The position numbers and the translations under genes were made by a program. The notes beneath the pieces were generated by a model, which was not told the origin of the DNA, did no database searches, and saw nothing but the letters and a program-made list of their open reading frames with translations. 64,000 nt of DNA, from NCBI GenBank assembly GCA_964587835.1, contig CAZPMN010000001.1:88968-152967 (forward strand), given 5' to 3'. Within the stretch, counting starts at the first letter, position 1; the number at the start of each line of letters is the position of its first letter. Positions 37,968-46,828 of this stretch are shown one piece after another. This stretch comes from an uncultured bacterium. Lineage in GTDB: Bacteria > Auribacterota > Erginobacteria > Erginobacterales > Erginobacteraceae.

Positions 37968-39036
37968 CGTCTTTCCTCCTGGTTTCCTTGAGCAATATAG
38001 CCCGAAGGTGGGTGACCTGGCAAAGGAATTCTACCGGTTTTTCCGGCGTTCCGTTCTCCAGGGTGGACCAGGCCGGACAGACGTTACAGATCCCCCGGAG
38101 CTCACAGTCGTTGCATCTGTTCGGCTCCCTGGTTACTTCATTTCTGACCCGGGGGATGAACTGATCCCATCCCTCGCGGAAGCTCCCCCGGATCAGATTG
38201 TAACGAAAGTTGGTATCCAGAACGCAGAGACCGAGCTGGCCAGAGGAGGAGACGTGGAAAGAACAGAGTCCTCCGCCGCATTTATAAAGTCGGTCCGATT
38301 TTACCGGCCCCCATTTCCGGCAGTCAAAGGAAAGCCAGGCCCGCCACTTATCCGGATCTTCGTAATCGAGCTCGATGACCTCCTGCGGGGAGAGACGGTA
38401 GCCGGTACCGCTGCGGGAACCGTTCAACTGGGCGCAGATCAGGGCGTCGAATCGGAAATCCTTCCCGTAGTCGGCCGCCAGTTTTCTCATCTGCCGGATT
38501 TCCTGTCGGTTGACGGTATTGATGACCGACCTAAAACTGAAAGAGATGTCTCTCTCCGCGAGCAGATCAATAGCCTGCCGGAATTGCCGGTAACTGCCCG
38601 GCACCCCGGAAATTTTCTCGTACGTCTCTTCAGTGGCGCCGAGCAGGCTGATGTCGATCTGATATGGAGGATACCGGTCCAGAAAATCCGCTATCTCCCG
38701 GTCGATCAGTGTTCCGTTGGTGAAGACGTTTATCAAGAAACCTTTTTTTATAGCGTACTGATAGATGGAACGAAAATCATCCCGGATGAACGGTTCTCCC
38801 CCGCTGAAGGTGAGACAGAGCCCCCCCCGATCGGCGATCTGGTCTATGAGAGAGCAGACCTGCTTCCGGCTCAACTCCTCTTCCGGCGGGGTCTGACGGG
38901 CGAAACCAACGTAACAGTACGGACAGCGGAGATTGCATCTCCGGGTCAATTCAATCATCCCCAGCAGGGGGAGATGGTCTCTCCGCGCTTTTTCCCAGAG
39001 TGAGAATTCAACCGCGCTCTCGATGGGGGGAGGCAT
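37921..39036 (-). CDS. Radical SAM / SPASM-domain peptide-modifying enzyme (PqqE/anSME-like)
   Basis: CNLRCPYCYV (CxxxCxxC), LTFSGGEPF, C-terminal SPASM cysteines CGGGLCSFHVSSSGQLGLC and CNDCELRGICNVCPAW. Confidence 0.85.
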   Translation of the reverse strand: MPPPIESAVEFSLWEKARRDHLPLLGMIELTRRCNLRCPYCYVGFARQTPPEEELSRKQVCSLIDQIADRGGLCLTFSGGEPFIRDDFRSIYQYAIKKGFLINVFTNGTLIDREIADFLDRYPPYQIDISLLGATEETYEKISGVPGSYRQFRQAIDLLAERDISFSFRSVINTVNRQEIRQMRKLAADYGKDFRFDALICAQLNGSRSGTGYRLSPQEVIELDYEDPDKWRAWLSFDCRKWGPVKSDRLYKCGGGLCSFHVSSSGQLGLCVLDTNFRYNLIRGSFREGWDQFIPRVRNEVTREPNRCNDCELRGICNVCPAWSTLENGTPEKPVEFLCQVTHLRAILLKETRRKDDEKEKALPKTRTQGR

Positions 39037-39040
39037 TCTC

Positions 39041-40102
39041 TTATCTCATCCGTGATCTGATCGAAAACCGGAAGTCCTCGATGATCTTTAAAAATAGAAA
39101 GACGATCAGCCCGACCAGGAAGAGCATCCCGGCGGCCAGGCTGCGGTCGGCGTACTTCATCACCAGGGCGAGCAGGCCGAGGTTGATCGTCAGCAGGTAG
39201 AACATCCGCACCGTTTCCCGGGGGGAGAATCCCATCTCCACCAGCCGGTGGTGGAGATGCTTCCGGTCCCCGGTTAAGGGGTTTTGCCCCCGGGCGATCC
39301 GACGGCAGAAGGCGATGGTCAGGTCGGCCAGGGGCAGGAGGAGGACGATCAGGGGCAGGATCAGGGCGATCCCGGCGGTGGTCTTGAAGGAACTCTGGAT
39401 CGAGACCGCCGCCAGAATGAAGCCGATCAGAAGGCTTCCGGTGTCGCCGAGGAAGATCCGGGCGGGGTAACGGTTGTAGCGGAGGAAGCCCAGGCACCCC
39501 CCGACCAGGGCGATGGTTATGGTCGGCATAAAGGGGAGTCCGTCCACGCTGCTGAAGAAGAGAACCAGTCCGGCGATCGCCGCCGTTCCGGCGGCCAGCC
39601 CGTCCAACCCGTCGAGAAGGTTAAAAGCGTTGGTCACGGTGAGCACCCAGAGAACGACCAGCGGCCCGCCCCATAATCCGAGCCGGATCTGGCCTCCCAG
39701 GGGATTGGTCAGGACCTCCACATTGTAGCCGCAGGCGATCAGAATCAGGGCGGCGATGGTCTGGAAGATCAGTTTCACCGGCGCTCGTGCCCCCCGGATG
39801 TCATCGAAAATCCCCAGCCCGAGGATGATAACCCCACCCAGGACCAGGCCCAGGTAGTGGGTATCGAACGAACCCAGCATTTGGCTCCGGCCGAGCAGAA
39901 AGGAGATGCCGGTGGAAATGATGAAGGCGATGAAGATGATTACCCCTCCCAGCAGGGGAACTTCCCTTCCCGCCCCGCCTGATTCAAGGGATCGGGCGGT
40001 TACCCGGCGCATCCGCACCCAGCGCGCCACCGGCGGGGTGGCCAGCAGCGCGATGGCCAGGGAGAGAAGAAAAACCAACCAGTACATCCCCATCTCCGTC
40101 AT
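39041..40102 (-). CDS. Polyprenyl-phosphate N-acetylhexosamine-1-phosphate transferase (WecA/MraY family, GT4 of PF00953); catalytic motifs intact
   Basis: IFDDIRGARAPVKL (DD), NAFNLLDGLDGLAAG, RIFLGDTGSLLIGF, KHLHHRLVEMGF. Confidence 0.8.
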   Translation of the reverse strand: MTEMGMYWLVFLLSLAIALLATPPVARWVRMRRVTARSLESGGAGREVPLLGGVIIFIAFIISTGISFLLGRSQMLGSFDTHYLGLVLGGVIILGLGIFDDIRGARAPVKLIFQTIAALILIACGYNVEVLTNPLGGQIRLGLWGGPLVVLWVLTVTNAFNLLDGLDGLAAGTAAIAGLVLFFSSVDGLPFMPTITIALVGGCLGFLRYNRYPARIFLGDTGSLLIGFILAAVSIQSSFKTTAGIALILPLIVLLLPLADLTIAFCRRIARGQNPLTGDRKHLHHRLVEMGFSPRETVRMFYLLTINLGLLALVMKYADRSLAAGMLFLVGLIVFLFLKIIEDFRFSIRSRMR

Positions 40103-41151
40103 CGGCTTTCTCCCGGTTCTTCTCCGTCCAGCACCAGGATCCGCGACCTGTACTCTTCGACGATCCTGAAGAGAAGATAGAGCATCGACCCCACCAGGAA
40201 GAAGATCCCCAGGGCCAGGATCCTCCCGGCGGCGGCGGCGACCAGGGCGATCATCCCCAGGTTTGCCTGGAGCAGGTAGATAAGCAGAACCACCTGCCGG
40301 GGAGAATAACCGAGCAGGAGAAGCCGGTCGGCGATCTGCCGCGGTCTGGGGTTCCTCCCCGCCGGGGATGCGGGGGCGGGGGGTCGGCCGAAGATGGCGA
40401 AGACCAGGGCCAGGATCGGGAGGATCAGGGCGATCCCGGCGGTGGCCTTGAATTCACCCTGGGCGGCGATCGCTGCCAGGAGGAAACCGAGGAAGAAGGT
40501 CCCGGTTCGCCCGAGGTGGATCCGGGCCGGGTAGAAGTTGTAACGGAGGAAACCCGCGCAGCCCCCGACCGTGGCCAGGGCCAGGACGGGGACAAAGGGC
40601 GGCCCGGTCAGGGCGGCAAAAAAGATAGTGGCGGCGGCGATGGCGGCGATCCCGGCGGCCAGTCCGTCGATCGTATCGATGAGGGCGAAGGCGTTGACCA
40701 TCCCCGTAACCCAGGCGACCAGGAGCAGCGCTCCCGCCGGGCCGAGGCTGATCTTGTCGCCGGCCAGGAAGGTGACCGTGTCCAGCCGGTAACCGCAGCT
40801 GACCAGAATCAGCCCGGCCAACGCCGTGACCGCGATCTTCAGGGGCCAGTGAACCTTGCGGATGGCATCCCGGAGGCCGAGGAGAATCATCAGGGTTCCA
40901 CCGAGCAGGACCCCCAGGTAATGATAGTCGTAAAAACCGAGCAACCGCTCTCGGTTGAAGAGAAAGGCGGCCCCGGTAACCGCGATGAAGGAGAGGTAGA
41001 TCACCACCCCCCCGGAGAGGTTCAGGGCCCGGCTTCGGACCCGGCCGCTGGGGCCGTGGTGCGAGATGCCGTAATGGGAAGAAAGGCGGATCAGGGCCGG
41101 GGTAAGGACCAGGGAGAGAAGCGCGGTGGCAATGAAGATGATAAAATTCAT
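40099..41151 (-). CDS. WecA/MraY-family paralog with degenerate catalytic motifs (probable pseudoenzyme or altered specificity)
   Basis: Same 10-11 TM topology and NAFALIDTIDGLAAG motif. The DD motif is replaced by RD (LGLRDAIRKV), GDTGS by GRTGT (RIHLGRTGTFFLGF), and the His-rich C-terminal loop is absent (RQIADRLLLLGY). Confidence 0.7.
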   Translation of the reverse strand: MNFIIFIATALLSLVLTPALIRLSSHYGISHHGPSGRVRSRALNLSGGVVIYLSFIAVTGAAFLFNRERLLGFYDYHYLGVLLGGTLMILLGLRDAIRKVHWPLKIAVTALAGLILVSCGYRLDTVTFLAGDKISLGPAGALLLVAWVTGMVNAFALIDTIDGLAAGIAAIAAATIFFAALTGPPFVPVLALATVGGCAGFLRYNFYPARIHLGRTGTFFLGFLLAAIAAQGEFKATAGIALILPILALVFAIFGRPPAPASPAGRNPRPRQIADRLLLLGYSPRQVVLLIYLLQANLGMIALVAAAAGRILALGIFFLVGSMLYLLFRIVEEYRSRILVLDGEEPGESR

Positions 41152-41155
41152 AGAC

Positions 41156-42268
41156 TCATTCTAACAACTCCTGGTACATTCGGAAAGTCCGCTCGGCCAT
41201 TCTTTCCTTGGTGAATTCTTCTTCCACTCTCTGCCGGCCCCGTTTTCCCAGCTCCTCCCCCCGGTCCGGTTCGTCGAGAATCCGGTTAAGTGCCCGGGCC
41301 AGGGACCGGGAGTCCCGAGGCGGGGCGACCAGTCCGGTAACCCCGTCGAGGTTGGTGTAAGTGACCCCAGTTTCGAGCCGGGTGCTGATTACCGGGCGGG
41401 AGCTGGCCATCGCCTCCAACTGGACGATACCGAAGGCCTCGTTACGGGAGATCGAGGGAAGGCAGAAGACCGAACAGGCCCGGAGGTAGGCCAGGAGGTT
41501 GTCCCGGGATACCTCGCTCATCAGGACGACCCGGTCCTCCAGGCCGTGAGAGACCACCATCATCTTCAGGGCGTCAAACCTCTCGCCGCTCCCGATAATC
41601 ACGAGTTTCCCGGTTACCTCCTCCATCGCCTTGACCAGGTATTCCACCCCCTTGTAGAGGGTCAGCCGTCCGACAAAGAGGACGATCCGATCGCCGAGCC
41701 GTTTACGGATCAGTTGGGCCTGAGCGTTGATCTCCGCCCGATCCGCGTAGAGCGAGAGGTCGATCCCGATCGGGATCAGCACGCACTTCTCCCGGAACCG
41801 CTGCAGGACAGCAGACCCTTCCAGGTAGCGGGGCGAGGCGACGACGATCCTCTCCGCCCGGGCCAGAAATTTCAGCAGCAAAGGACGGTAAAGCAGCCCG
41901 GCGATTTTCTGCCTGACGATGTCGCTCTGATAGACCACCGTCAGCCTCCCCGGTGGACGGGCTTTCAGGTAGGAGATCGTGGCCAGGGGATTGGGGTGGT
42001 GGACGGTGATGATATCGGCGGCGTTTTCCCTTAGCAGCCGAGGGAATGAGGGGCTGAGCGAAGTCGAGAGCAACCTTCCCCAGCTCCCGGCTCGGATTAC
42101 CTCCACCCCATCCACGGTCTCCCGAACGGTCCGGGGGGAGGTGTTGGAGACCAGGACCTTTAGATCGACCCGGTTCTTCAGCCCCTGGCAGAGGTCGAGG
42201 AGGTAAGTCTCCATCCCGCCCCGGTAGGGGTGGTAGAATTTTCCGACCTGGAGGACGCTGAATCTCAT
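41156..42268 (-). CDS. Glycosyltransferase family 4
   Basis: SRNEAFGIVQLEAMASSRPVISTRL. The ATG at 42268 (MRFSVLQVGKFYHP...) is preferred over the TTG at 42310, which would run into the intergenic palindromic repeat. Confidence 0.75.
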   Translation of the reverse strand: MRFSVLQVGKFYHPYRGGMETYLLDLCQGLKNRVDLKVLVSNTSPRTVRETVDGVEVIRAGSWGRLLSTSLSPSFPRLLRENAADIITVHHPNPLATISYLKARPPGRLTVVYQSDIVRQKIAGLLYRPLLLKFLARAERIVVASPRYLEGSAVLQRFREKCVLIPIGIDLSLYADRAEINAQAQLIRKRLGDRIVLFVGRLTLYKGVEYLVKAMEEVTGKLVIIGSGERFDALKMMVVSHGLEDRVVLMSEVSRDNLLAYLRACSVFCLPSISRNEAFGIVQLEAMASSRPVISTRLETGVTYTNLDGVTGLVAPPRDSRSLARALNRILDEPDRGEELGKRGRQRVEEEFTKERMAERTFRMYQELLE

Positions 42269-42278
42269 TTTGATTGAC

Positions 42279-42358
42279 CTGTCAGTGCGAGGAACGAAGC
42301 GACGAAGCAATCTCAGGAGGTTTTTTTAAAAAAAAGATTGCTTCGTTCACAATGACAG
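42279..42358. repeat. REP-like palindromic element between two GT4 genes (same family as 12701..13022)
   Basis: CTGTCAGTGCGAGGAACGAAGCGACGAAGCAATCTC-aggaggtttttttaaaaaaaa-GATTGCTTCGTTCACAATGACAG; inverted arms with a T7A8 loop. Confidence 0.65.
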
Positions 42359-42365
42359 TTCCGGG

Positions 42366-43520
42366 TTATAGGATCTCCCCATAGCAAGATATAACTCCGT
42401 TCACCATCTTCTTTATAGAAAAATCCGCCGCCCTTTGCCGGCCAGCCTTGCCCATCTCCGTCCGTAGACCGCTGTCTCGGGCCAGGGTGATGATTGCCCG
42501 GGCGAGGGCCGCGGGCCGTTGTGGGGAGACCAGGATCCCGGTCACCCCGTCGGCCACCACCTCGGGGATTCCCCCGACATCGGTGGAGACCACCGGTAAC
42601 CCGGCGGCCATTGCTTCCAGGTTGGCCCGTCCGAACCCCTCCGACCGCGAGGGGAGGACAAAGATATCCAGGGCGGGGAGAATCTCTCCCGGATCTTTCC
42701 GTCCGCCGGTGAAGTTGACCTTTTCGGACAGTCCCAACCGCACCGCTTCGGTTTCCAGCTTCCGGTGGTAGTCCCGCCAGGCCGGGTAGAGGGCTTCGCC
42801 GGTGATTACAAAGCGGGCCGAAGGGACCTGTTTCAGAACACTGGGCATCGCCGCCAGAAAGTCCTCGTAGCCTTTCAGGGGGGCGAGATGCCCGATCGTC
42901 CCGATCGCGATCTCATCTTCCTCCAATCCCAGCATTCTTCGGGCCGAGGAGCGGCTGTATCCGGCACCGACCGGAAACGGATCCACTCCGTTATAGACTA
43001 CCCGTGTCCGGAGCGGACTCTTCAGCGCCCGCTTGACCGCTTGAGAGTTGGCAATGATCCGGGTCGGGAGGATGCGCGCCAGGGACCGGAACAGGATGCC
43101 GTATCCCCCCCGCCCGGGCAGATCCCGAAAATGCCAGACTAGGGGCCGCCGGCTCAGGAGCGCGGGAAGCAGTGCTATGAGATGGGCCTTGATCCCGTTG
43201 GTGTGAACCAGGGCGATCCTCTCCTCCCGGATCAGCTTGATCAGGTGGCCGATGACCGATGGTAGATGGAACGGTCCGGAGAGAAGGAGAAGGATGAGGT
43301 TGAACCGGTCTTTCCGGCTCAGTCCGAGCAGGGCTGACGGGAGGTGGACCTCCCGGATCTCTACCCCCCGGTCAAACAGTTCCCGGGCGAGGGGACCCGG
43401 TCCCAGGATGACCACCAGGGGATGAAAACGTTCCCGAGGCAGCCGGGTTACCAGATCGATCAGACTCTTCTCCGCCCCCCCGATGCCGCCGGCGGGATTG
43501 ATAAATAGGATATTGTGCAT
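42366..43520 (-). CDS. Glycosyltransferase family 4
   Basis: SRSEGFGRANLEAMAAGLPVVSTDVGGIPEVV. Confidence 0.8.
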   Translation of the reverse strand: MHNILFINPAGGIGGAEKSLIDLVTRLPRERFHPLVVILGPGPLARELFDRGVEIREVHLPSALLGLSRKDRFNLILLLLSGPFHLPSVIGHLIKLIREERIALVHTNGIKAHLIALLPALLSRRPLVWHFRDLPGRGGYGILFRSLARILPTRIIANSQAVKRALKSPLRTRVVYNGVDPFPVGAGYSRSSARRMLGLEEDEIAIGTIGHLAPLKGYEDFLAAMPSVLKQVPSARFVITGEALYPAWRDYHRKLETEAVRLGLSEKVNFTGGRKDPGEILPALDIFVLPSRSEGFGRANLEAMAAGLPVVSTDVGGIPEVVADGVTGILVSPQRPAALARAIITLARDSGLRTEMGKAGRQRAADFSIKKMVNGVISCYGEIL

Positions 43521-43560
43521 CAGTCAATCAGGTTCCTTCCCGCACCAAACGGAAGAGAAT

Positions 43561-44691
43561 CTAAACAAGTAGTCGCCGATAGAGAGCTTCATACTCGTCT
43601 ACCATCCTCTCTCGGCCGAAGTTCTCTTCCCCGCGCTTCCGCCCCGCCAGGCCCATCAGGCGGGCTTTCTGCGGGTTTTCGGCCAGGTGAATTATCTTCT
43701 CCGCCAGGGCAGTGTGATCTTCCAGGGGGGTAAGGAAACCGGTCTCTCCCTCGAGCACGGCCTCCGCTGTCCCCGGAACAGCGGTTGCCACGACCGGCTT
43801 GGCCAAGGCCATCGCCTCCAGCACCGCCAGGGGCAGGCCCTCCCAGAGGGAGGAGAGGGCGAAGATATCGAAACCAGCGACGACCTCCAGCGCCTTCTCC
43901 CGGTAGCCGAGAAACCTGACCCGGTCGGAGATTCCCAGTTTTGCCGTCAGCTTTTCCAGTCCTGGACGGAGATATCCCTCGCCCAGAATCAGGAATAGTG
44001 AGTGGGGCACGGAATCCTTCACCCGGGCCGCCGCCCGGAGGAGGGTGGGGTAGTCCTTTTGAGGTGAGAGTCTTCCCGCCGTTCCAATTACCAAGACATC
44101 TTTTGGTATCCCCAGTTTCCGGCGGCTTCTTTCGTATTCCCGTCGATCAAGCTGGGGTATCTCGATCCCGTTCTGGACAACCGTCACCCGACGGGGATCC
44201 ATCCCCTGTTCCAGAAGATCATCCCGCACCGCCCCGGAGACGGCGATTACCATATGATTATAGCGACTGGTAAAGTTGTCGAGCCGCCGGTAATAAGCGG
44301 CCCGGAGTCTTTCCCGCCAACCCCGCCCTCGCCCCCCGTGAGCCAGATCCATCGTCAGGTGTTCGGTCGAGACCGAGACCGATGGCCCGGCCCAATGCCC
44401 GGCCAGACGGGTTAATATGTTGGTCAGCATACTGTGGGAATGCAGGACTTCGATTTTTTCTCTCCGGATGAACCGGGCGATCCGCCGGGCGGCCGCCAGG
44501 TCGTAGGTTTTATGGAAGGGTATTATTTTTACCCGGATTCCGTTTTCGGCCAGTCTATCGGGCAGCTGTCCGTCTTCGGGGCAGATCGCCGAAACTGTAT
44601 GTCCGCGGGTCCGGAGCGATACCGCCAGGTCGAAGAGAACCTTCTCCCCCCCGCTGATCGTGGATTTATAGGCCACCTGAAGTATTTTCAT
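43561..44691 (-). CDS. Glycosyltransferase family 4
   Basis: SSLWEGLPLAVLEAMALAKPVVATAVPGTAEAV. Confidence 0.8.
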   Translation of the reverse strand: MKILQVAYKSTISGGEKVLFDLAVSLRTRGHTVSAICPEDGQLPDRLAENGIRVKIIPFHKTYDLAAARRIARFIRREKIEVLHSHSMLTNILTRLAGHWAGPSVSVSTEHLTMDLAHGGRGRGWRERLRAAYYRRLDNFTSRYNHMVIAVSGAVRDDLLEQGMDPRRVTVVQNGIEIPQLDRREYERSRRKLGIPKDVLVIGTAGRLSPQKDYPTLLRAAARVKDSVPHSLFLILGEGYLRPGLEKLTAKLGISDRVRFLGYREKALEVVAGFDIFALSSLWEGLPLAVLEAMALAKPVVATAVPGTAEAVLEGETGFLTPLEDHTALAEKIIHLAENPQKARLMGLAGRKRGEENFGRERMVDEYEALYRRLLV

Positions 44692-44720
44692 AAAAGTTTA
44701 TCCCGGGGTTCGGGGTTTGC

Positions 44721-45881
44721 TTAGAGGAGCGGATCGCGATCTGCGGTTACCGCCGCCGCCACCTCTTCCGGCCGCAACTTTTTCCAGCATTGAAGATCGT
44801 GTTCGCAGATAAATTTCCTTCCCGGCAGCCAGCAGGGCGAGCAGGGGAGGGGATGGCGGATTACGGTATGATGTTGCCGGTCAAGGGGGCCGGTAATCTC
44901 TTGATGGGTGGGCCCGAATAGTACCACGGCCCTGGTGCCGACGGCCTGGGCGATGTGGGCGGCGGCCGAGTCATTTCCAACCAGGCAGTCAAGTTGCTCA
45001 ACCAGAGCGGCCAGAAGCCGGATCCCGGCGGGAACAATAATCGGAGGCTTCTCCTCCATCCCCTGAGCAATTTCCTGCAGGAGGGGACGGTCGTGCTCCG
45101 AACCCAGGAGGATGATCAGCCGCCCCGGCCCGGCGAGGAGATTCCCCAGTCGGCTGAATCCCTCCGCTCTCCAGCGCTTAAAAGGTGAGGCTGCCCCGGG
45201 GTGGAGACCGATAATTCTATCCCCGGGGCTCCCTCCGGCCCGGGAGATGAGAGCCTTCGCCCGCTTTCTGTCGCCCGGGGAGAGGGACAGTTCCATATTG
45301 CACCCATCGGGATTGACGCCCAGCGGGGCCAGCAGGTCGATGGCTCGGAGAATCTCGTGCTGGCCGGGGTCAAGGGAAACGGGGTGGGTAAAACAGAACT
45401 CCCCCCCCCGACTGCCGTAACCGATTCGACACCTCGCGCCGGTGGCGGCGATCAGCAGAGCTTCCCGGGGATCGGGGCGGAAACCAACCACGCAATCGTA
45501 GACCTCCCGCCGCAGATCCCAAACGCATTGTGCAATCTCGGCCGGCCTGGCCTTCTTCCCCCGAACAATTGTCCAGGGGGCGTCAAGGGTTATGATCTTG
45601 TTGAGGTGAGGGTTGAGTTCGACCGCTTCCCTGGTCTGGGTTTTAATTAACAGGTGAATATCGGCAGCGGGGAAAGTCTTCCGCAGGGCCCGGATTGCCG
45701 GGGTGGTCATCAACAAGTCCCCGATGTGATCGAGCCTGATTAGGAGGATTTTGCTGATGAGGCCCGGGGTGATCTCTCCCCGCGGCCGGTTCCGGCAAAA
45801 GATCCCCCCAGTTTTATCCAGGAGGTTGGCCAGGAATATCTTCCCGGGGCTGTCGAACAGATATTGCCGCTTTTCTCTCAC
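44721..45881 (-). CDS. Glycosyltransferase family 9 (heptosyltransferase-like, GT-B)
   Basis: ILLIRLDHIGDLLMTTPAIRALRKTFPAADIHLLI and C-terminal VGNDSAAAHIAQAVGTRAVVLFGPT are typical of ADP-heptose:LPS heptosyltransferase-family proteins. Confidence 0.7.
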   Translation of the reverse strand: MREKRQYLFDSPGKIFLANLLDKTGGIFCRNRPRGEITPGLISKILLIRLDHIGDLLMTTPAIRALRKTFPAADIHLLIKTQTREAVELNPHLNKIITLDAPWTIVRGKKARPAEIAQCVWDLRREVYDCVVGFRPDPREALLIAATGARCRIGYGSRGGEFCFTHPVSLDPGQHEILRAIDLLAPLGVNPDGCNMELSLSPGDRKRAKALISRAGGSPGDRIIGLHPGAASPFKRWRAEGFSRLGNLLAGPGRLIILLGSEHDRPLLQEIAQGMEEKPPIIVPAGIRLLAALVEQLDCLVGNDSAAAHIAQAVGTRAVVLFGPTHQEITGPLDRQHHTVIRHPLPCSPCWLPGRKFICEHDLQCWKKLRPEEVAAAVTADRDPLL

Positions 45882-45901
45882 CGGTTTTTCCTCGGGGCGG
45901 T

Positions 45902-46657
45902 TCAGATAATCTTTCTTAATGGCCAGTAAAGGGGTGAGAGTTTAAGGCGGAGACGAAAGAGGTTATCCCGCCGGGAGATTAGGATTCTTCTCTGGGAGAA
46001 GTTGTCCTCCCGGCGGGGGATGACCGAGAAGGCCGCCCGGTACCCGGCCTCCCGGACCAGGCCCTTGATCTGTCCGTTGTAACTGCCGTGAGGGTAGGAG
46101 AAAAACTCCACCTCGCGGGATAATCTCTTTTCCAGGATATTTTTTGATTCTACAATCTCCCGGGCCGCTTCCCCGTGCGACAGCCGGGTCAGGTTGCGGT
46201 GGCCCATTCCGTGAGAACCGAATTTTACCAGCGGATTCTTACCCATTTCTCGGGCTCTCTCCCAGCTCAAGCCCGGGTAGCTCCCCCGCGGGAACAGCCA
46301 ATCCGTTCCCACCTGCCCAACGGTGAGGAAAAAGGTGACCGGGAGGGAGTGTTTCACCAGCAGCGGGTAAGCATTTTCCCAGGTGTCTCTGTAACCGTCG
46401 TCGAAGGTGATGGCCAGGATTCGGTGCCCGGAGCGGGGTGGGGGGTGTAGCGCCTCTTCCAAAGGGACGACCGTGCCGGCGGACGCCAGATAGGTGAGGT
46501 GGCCCTCGAATATCTCCGGCGGCAGGTTCACGCCGCTGGAAGCGGGGAAGTGATCGTCCTCTTGGACGGAGTGGTAGAGGATTATCTGTGCCCTGGAGCT
46601 CAACAGGACTCCTCCACGCCGCCCTCCCGAAAAAAGACCGCGGCCGCCCGGTCCCAT
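45902..46657 (-). CDS. Polysaccharide deacetylase (CE4, NodB homology domain)
   Basis: LAITFDDGYRDTWENAYPLLVKHSLPVTFFLTVGQVG; downstream His motifs (GSHGMGH). Confidence 0.8.
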   Translation of the reverse strand: MGPGGRGLFSGGRRGGVLLSSRAQIILYHSVQEDDHFPASSGVNLPPEIFEGHLTYLASAGTVVPLEEALHPPPRSGHRILAITFDDGYRDTWENAYPLLVKHSLPVTFFLTVGQVGTDWLFPRGSYPGLSWERAREMGKNPLVKFGSHGMGHRNLTRLSHGEAAREIVESKNILEKRLSREVEFFSYPHGSYNGQIKGLVREAGYRAAFSVIPRREDNFSQRRILISRRDNLFRLRLKLSPLYWPLRKII

Positions 46658-46828
46658 TCTGGGTTCCCTGGGCCCGGCGCCCAGTTTACCGGGGAGGCGG
46701 CCCGGATCAGGCGGTAAGGGCCGAACTGTTCCAGTTTGCGAAAACCCATTAATGCCTACCTGTCCGGTTAATTTGGCCAGTTTGCCGTTTATTCATCAGT
46801 TCAAGCTATGGGAGGTTCAAATTTGGAG

